From Eledone cirrhosa (taxonomy: Eukaryota), in NCBI GenBank assembly GCA_964016885.1, contig OZ024740.1, positions 271,746,001-271,810,000 on the forward strand: a DNA stretch of 64,000 bases, given 5' to 3'. Below are positions 33,202 to 64,000 of the stretch, in pieces. The notes beneath the pieces are model-generated. The model did no database searches and had not been told where the DNA came from. It was given only the letters and a program-made list of their open reading frames with translations. The position numbers and the translations under genes are program-made. Numbering within the stretch: the first letter of the stretch is position 1; each line of letters begins with the position of its first letter.

Positions 33202-33579
33202 TTTTTTCATATTAGAGGTCATTATTAGATTGACTTCTCTCTTAGAAAGAAATTTTTTTTTCTACCTTTTGGAAATATTTATTTCAAAAAAGAAAGCTAG
33301 TACATTATGATAAACTTTTTTTTTCGTATGGTAGGTTATTGTGAGGAACATTTTCTCAAGTTTGAGAGTTTATATACAAGTCTATACCATGTATTGATAT
33401 ACTACCAATGCTCACATTGAGAAAGAGAGCAGTAAAGATAAAAAGATCCAGAATGGATGCTCAATTAGTTGCTGTTTAGTCAAAACCGCACATTTAAAAA
33501 AATTAAAAAAAGGACACAATTTTTTTCTCCTCAAAAATCTTTTTTTTTTTCCTTTTTAAAAGCATTTAAAAAGAAAGTC

Positions 33580-33585
33580 AATAAA
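33580..33585 (+). promoter_or_regulatory. Candidate proximal poly(A) signal of GLD-2
   Basis: AATAAA about 530 nt after the stop, followed by a U/GU-rich tract. Confidence 0.5.
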
Positions 33586-36500
33586 TATTTAAATATTTTT
33601 TTTACACTGTTTTTCTTTTTCTTAGTTACTTTAGGCTTTTAGTTCAACCTAGCAACATTTATTTGGTGTTTGCGGTTTGGTAATGCTCTGAATATATCAA
33701 CTTTGAAACAGTCTTGTAACTGCTGAAAACTACTACAAATACTAGGCCTCACAATCACTGATGATCTCTTCTTGTGAGTTGATATTTAGAGCAAAGTAGA
33801 AACTGCATCCCAAAAACCTAGCCTTTTTTTTTTTCCAGACTGGGACAATATTTCAGTTTCTAACAGTTGTGAAATCTCTTCAAAGCTCAAGTGAAACAAA
33901 CCTCAATGGAATGTTTTCACATTTGAATCAGTTGTGCTGTTATATATTGAACATATTACTAGATCACAGCCTAAAAGAAAACCTGATTTGATTGGCAATA
34001 CAGTGCAACTTCTAGCCAACAAATGTGCTGTCTTCTCATACTGATTTTTCTACTATTACCATCACCACCACTACTACTACCACCACTACTACTATCACTA
34101 TTTCAATGGACTCTGCTCCTCAACAACAGGTTTTCTACTACCTCCACTCAACACATTTATCTCTAAAGATGCCACTCATTAATTGAATGTCGATATTGAA
34201 TGCTCTTGAAAATGAAAACACCAACAGCTTGAAAAAAAAGAAAAATTCAAGAGACCGAATATACACTTCAGAAAAAGAATTTTAAAAAGTATTCTTAAAA
34301 GACATAGTTTTATAGAAAAATCATTTCAAAAGGCGAAGTCACCATGACCCAATTTGAACTCGGTATAAAAATGTTAACTAAATATAGTAAGGCATTTAGT
34401 CTGTTTTACTATTTCTTTTGTCTGAAACTACAATTACGGGTATTTATGATTGTCATTACATATTGTTTGAATTTAACTATTCAATGTACTACTTTACTAC
34501 TTTTGCTTATAAGTATGAGGCACATGGTCTCATGTTTTGGTGGAAAAAAATAGTAGATTTATGTTAACCCCAGTAATATTTCATTGACATTGCAATCCAA
34601 ATAATAGTTTGATTTAGGCACAAGGCCATCAATTTGTGAGGAGGAGAAAGTCAAACCTATGCTAGCGTGGAAAATGGACGTTAAACGAAGATGATGATGA
34701 TAGATTCCAGTTCATGACTGATACTTTGTTTTATCAACCCTGGAAGGATGAGAGACAAAACTAACCTCAGTGGGATTTGAATGCAGAATGTAAAGGGTCG
34801 TAACTACGAGCTGCAAAGCATGTTGGCTGAAGCTCTCTACCAATTCTGCCAATCCACCACCATCTGCAATACAAATAATAACAATGGTTTCTATTTTGGT
34901 TATAAAGCTAGCAATTTGCAGGAAGGGAAAGTCGATTAAATCAACCTCAGTAGGATAAGACACAAAGTTGACCTTGGTGGGATTTGGAGCATGGAGAGCC
35001 AGAACAAAATCTGTAAAACATTGTCAATTTGCCCCTTTTATCCTAATATTAACAAAATTATTTGTTTGGTCAGGTGTAATTTCCATAGTCTGTGATCAGT
35101 AATGCTTAAGCTGGTATGTGTAACACTAACTGGATGAATTCTTGTTTCTTGTTGATTCTATGGATGAAAAGATCTTTTATTTATTTTTTAATGAAAAGGA
35201 ATTTTGTTGAAATTTGAAGGAAAACCTTGTTAGGCTTTCAAATTTATGCCATGTTTTTCCCCACTGCATACACATACTTGATAGACTAAATATATTTACA
35301 CAACTCAAAAAAACAAAATTGTTTTACATGGTAAATATTAATGCTATATAAAAAAAAAAACCATCAAATCACATTGTAAAAATAATTTTTATTAATAAAA
35401 ATCAAAATTTTCTCTAAATTTAGACTAAATACAATTGCATTTTGTCAATCATTTGATCATTTCTCAGATTGGCACATAGCCAGATTCTAGAAGGGTTTTC
35501 TTTTTATATTACAGGTGCAAGGTCAATGACTGTGATAGAATGGAGGAGGTTACTATCAAGCAGGTGATCTTGCCCAAATGCTGGCAACAGAAAAATCTTC
35601 TAAAGGCACCCAAAATATAACTTGGAAATAGGTGGACTTTGTCAAGCTGACTTTCCTTAGAAACATTTTCTTATATGTCTCTTCATGCTAGTGTGGAAAA
35701 TGGAAGTTAAACAGTGATATTACATAATTATTGTTGTTTAGCTTCATATCGGCCCTGATCAAAAGCATTTGAACAGTAAAATGATGAACACCCTGTCCAT
35801 TTCTAGACAGTTTATTTGGGATTACATTATTCAATATGCCATGCTTTTAAGATAGTAAGGTGTGATGTGAAGAATATTTATTTAACTGCTATTTCTAGCA
35901 GTTTGAACACCTATGTAAAGGTTTCTTCATTTACTTGCTGTTACATAAATTTGTCAGTGACCCAAGTGATTATAGGGCTCACTATAAGTCAAAATATTTG
36001 TTGATAGCTTTCAAGACAAAACAATAAGTTAATGGAATTTGCCAACTTTTTGAAAAAATATAAACATTTTATGTGTTTATTCATTCATGCACATTTTATA
36101 TATATATATATTAAAAGGGTGGATGAACTTCTCAGAGTCAATGGCTATCCACCCCACTGTTGGTTAAATCGTCTCACCAACCTGCAATTGGCCAAAATCA
36201 AACAAAGTGACAGAGGTCAACCAGGAAGGGGTTCCTCCAACAATTGAGAAGGCCCTTGATTGGATATACATATATACATACTAAATTTTGGAATGGAAGT
36301 CACACCTTATTGTTTCATATTTCTGTACTAGTTATGGCTTCCTTTATGATCGAGTTTTACAATAACAATACTATGATTTAATGATGTAGTGTCCTGATGG
36401 TTTTTTTAATTGATCATATCAATCCACGTATTCATTTCAGTCTGGTGCTTGCTTGACTTAGCAGTTCAATAAAGAGTCTAAGTTACTGGACATAACCAAA

Positions 36501-37201
36501 TACAGGTATATCTCACCCTAAATCGTTAATTGGTTCCAGAAGTCAAGATTTAAGTTTAAAAAATGATGAATGTCAAATTAACCCTTATAAACCGGTATTA
36601 GGCTTTTCCCAGTGCTGTACTTCAATATACATACAGTATACTACACTTTTATTTAAATGTGATTTTGTGTTTTTAGAGTTTTTTATGATTTAATATTTTT
36701 GGCAGACCTATGTCAAGTTGAGTAAATTGACAAAACTTTGAAAATGAAACTCAAAACATTTTCAATCTATCAAATTCTATTTGCAAGGAATTAGTCAACC
36801 GGAAATATTGAACCATCCGCCTCTTAACCAAACCCAGACAGCCATGCATACATATCACATTATCAGGTAGATTTAGTCTAAAATTAAAATAATCATTTAA
36901 CTTTGGTATTATAGTATAAAAAAAGTTCTTTTTAAATCTTCAATTTTATATATATTTTTATGAAAAGAGTTCCTTTTAAATCTTGAATTTTTCTTTTATA
37001 AGCAATTTTGGACATGAAAAACAAACAGGCCTATACCTATTTGTGCTTGTATCTAATGTCATTTTACATTTAAGAATTTTAGCTGTTGATTCAATGATAT
37101 TAATTAAATAATTCTGAAAATAACAAAGCAAAACAAAACATGCTGAAAGTAAGTGGCAGTAGTTGTATGTATACTGCTAGACTTGGTATGTTTATGTAGT
37201 C

Positions 37202-60695
<23,494 letters not shown>

Positions 60696-60697
60696 TT

Positions 60698-63595
60698 ATA
60701 ATAACAATGATAACAATGAAAATGTGTACAATGCTCAGGTGCACTACAACTCATCAAAAGTGTATGTATAGTACATAGGGCAATGTACAAACGTCAGGAA
60801 AATGAACAGTGCATGAGTCATGATATACACATGTGTGCATGTGTATGGAAGGGGTACATCAGGTGTAGTTTTGGCGAATTTCGGGAAGCATGAGGGTTTT
60901 AAAGGATGCAGTGTCTCGGCAGCTAACAACTGACGCAGGCTGTTTGTTCCATGTTTCAGCAACTCTAAGCGTGAAAAAATGTTTCCGAAAGTCATGGGAA
61001 CTGTGCTGTTTTCTGACTTTGTAGGCATGTCCACGTGTGTTAGACACATGGAGATCAAAAAGGTGCTCAGGGTTGTTGTTGGCGAGATGGTTAATCATTT
61101 TGTGGGTGTTTACCAAGTCCATTGCCAGACGTCGGAGCTTCAATGAATCCATGCCCAGGGAAGCAAGGTGTTCAGAGTATGGTAGGTGTCTGATGGAGGG
61201 TATTTGCTTGGTTGCACATCTCTGAACAGTTTCCAGGAGATCAATGTTCTGAGCAAGATAGGGGTTCCAGACTGATGATACAAATTCCAAGTGTGGTTGT
61301 ACCATAGCTGTATAGAGCTTTAAACAGATGGCTGGAGAGCGGCTAACAAAGGTCTTGCTGAGTGATGCCAAGACACCCTCGGCCTTCTTGACCATGCTAG
61401 AGATGTGGTTTGTCCAACGCAAATCGCTGCTGACAGTAATGCTCAGGTCACGTTCACAAGAGGACTTCTTGATATCAGTGTTGTGGAGGGAGTATGTGGA
61501 CGCTGGATTTTTCCTCCCAAAATGCATGGTGGTACACTTGTCCACAGCCAGCTTCAGTTGCCAGTCTGTGATCTATTGCTGCATTGTGTCCAGGTCTGAT
61601 TGTAGGAAAGAGTTATAGATTTCAGGATCTGTCCTTTTGATTTCAAGGTACAGCTTGATGTCATCTGCATATTTCAGTACTGTGACATTCTTTAAGTTGG
61701 CATCTATGTCATTAATGTATGCAACAAACAAAAGGGGACCAAGAACAGATCCCTGTGGTACTCCAGATGACATCTCATATGTTGAAGAATTCTGTCCTAG
61801 AACCGTGACTACCTCTTTTCGGCTGAGATGAAGGATTGCAACCAGTTAAAAAGATCATCCTCACACCCATTGCAGAGAGTTTCGCCATAAGACTTTTGTG
61901 TGGCACAGAATTAAAAGCCTTAGCGAAGTCAAGGTAAACAACATCCACCCATGAGCCGCTGTCAGTGATCCAGGTAATGTCTTCAAGGAACTCGATAAGC
62001 TGATCACAGCAGCTGGAGTTAGGGATAAATCCAAATTGCGAGGGCCGGATGAGGCTGTGAGAGCTCCAGAAGTTCCAAAGTGTTTCTCTAACCCAGGATT
62101 CCATCAGTTTGGCAATACAGCTAGTAAGACTGACTGGACGATAGTTGACAGGTGACGTGCGGTTGCCCTTTTTGAAAAGGGAAATGACACTGGCAGTTTT
62201 CCACTGCTCCGGAGTAGCACCATTGTTGTGACAGTATTGAAAGAAGAAAGAAAGCTGGTGCAAAAGGAAGTACCCGCCACGTTTGAGAAGCAGGTATGTA
62301 ACACCATCAAGACCAGGGGAGGCATAGTTGCACTTATTCTTAAGGTGACGTCGCAACATTGCAGGTATAAATTCCATAGTTGTTATGGAATTTGATGTTA
62401 GAGATGGTGGAGATCGTACATTCTCGTTTTCAACAGTAAAAATGCTTGCATAGCACTCAGCAATGAGTTCTGCGCATTCTTTGGGATCGTCAGTGATCTG
62501 GCTTGTGTGGGGATTGCGAAGAGGACCAACTGGGGAGTGAGCTCTCTGCTTTGAATGTACATATTTCCAGAACACCTTACTGTCAGGATTGGTTGCTATG
62601 CACTGTTCAAATTCAAACACTGCCTTTTTTGTCACTTGCTTGAGATGGTTGGAAGATTTATTCCGCTTTTTTCTGTTGGCATCTGATTTATGCAGTTTAT
62701 ATTCCCGTTCAGCATTCCAACATTCTTTCCTGGCAAGTCGGATTGCTGAAGTTTCCCAAATTGCACTTTTGCGGTGGGTTTTTTTCTGCTTACGTGGCAC
62801 TGATGCTGCACACGCTATCCATATGGAGTCCAGGGTGCTCTGGAGTAGTGTTCACATCTCCAGAGTTATATAACTGATGCCAGTTTAGGCACTGTAGCTC
62901 AGTGTAGTACAAGTTCCAATCTGCTTTCTTCCAATCAAAGCAAGCAAATTGGAGATGGTTCTGGTTTTTGTTGCTGCCCGCAAGAGCCAGATTGGCAATG
63001 ATCATAGCATGATCAGAGTCGCCTAGAGGTTCCTCAGTAGTACAACTGATAACCACTTCAGGAGTAGTGGTGAAGAGCAGGTCCAAAGTGTTGTCACCTC
63101 TTGTTGGAGAGGTGACTACTTGTGACCAGTTTGAGTCCAGCACTAGCTCAAGGAAATCGTTTGCACTTTGTGGCCAACGAAAGGGTTCCCAATCGATCTC
63201 AGGATGATTGAAGTCTCCTGCAATAAACACATAAGTGGCTGTTTTCCTGGCAGCAGCTCTGAGGATATCGCAAAGCTGTGTGTCCTGATGGTAGTTTGGG
63301 GGGCGATACACACCACCAAGCAGAAGTGTTGATATGATCATACGTATGTCACAGAAAAAAATTTCTTCTTGTGATTCGTTCAAATCAATGCAAGGAATTA
63401 CCGAAAAGTTTGAACGAATGTAGACCATCACACCATCACCACGGCGATTAATGCGGTCCTTGCGGAACAGGTTGTATGCAGTAATGCTGAAAACCCCATC
63501 ACAGAGTAAAGAATGTGCCCATGTTTCTGTGACTGTGATGAAGTCTGCGTCGATGCTTCTGACGTAGGAGTTAAACAGATATGGGGGTTTCACTG
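60698..63595 (-). mobile_element. CR1-type LINE with near-complete ORF2 (APE plus RT), frameshifted
   Basis: VTETW, YRPP, GDFNHP, PTRGDNTLDL, SDH; NYRPVSLTS, QFGF, YLDFAKAF, YADD, TRGH; AT-rich tail. Confidence 0.95.
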
Positions 63596-64000
63596 TCTAT
63601 TGAGCAAAAGCCTATGAAACGGCCAGGGGAGTGGTATGAAGCCTTTCTTACTGATAGGATCAGTATATCAAGAACAGTGAAACAAGTAGATGATTAGTTA
63701 ACCTTTTAGCTTTTACATTACTCTATATATGTATTATTGTATTTTTGTGGTAAAGGTTTCATCTCTCATAATTATCTCACATAATATTGAATCTGTGGGA
63801 TTTTGATATTATTCATTTTGAGAACAATACCTTAACATAAGCATGAGCAGCCAGTTACGGCCAGTTTGAACAGGAAGTGGTGAGAGAATTCTGGCTTGAA
63901 TGCTGGTTTAAATGCTAAAGGTCTAAGGAAGATAGAAGGATCAGGCTTACCAAGAAGTTCAACACTTACCATATATACTCAAATATAAGCCAAGGAATAT

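Overview
AT-rich, repeat-dense animal genomic DNA. The SINE, RTE and MITE repertoire looks like an octopus or other coleoid cephalopod (inference). It holds two convergent intron-rich genes that I assembled by hand from GT-AG exons with consistent phases. On + is a complete 12-coding-exon GLD-2/TENT2 (PAPD4) cytoplasmic poly(A) polymerase (7920-33053, 471 aa). On - are the last 13 exons of xylulose kinase XYLB (60611-37202); its 5' end lies beyond the window. The rest is mobile DNA: several RTE-clade LINE families, CR1-type LINEs, a CRE-like RT fossil, tRNA-derived SINEs, TTAA and TA MITEs, a non-autonomous Helitron nested in a MITE, Penelope-like remnants and microsatellites. Most long ORFs in the track are LINE fragments or their antisense shadows. 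The best leads are a reconstructable minimal hammerhead ribozyme in a GLD-2 intron, module and tail exchange between SINEs and RTE LINEs, an inverted LINE pair bracketing two GLD-2 exons, and uORF/CPE/bidirectional poly(A) signals around GLD-2. I found no clearly new protein-coding system.
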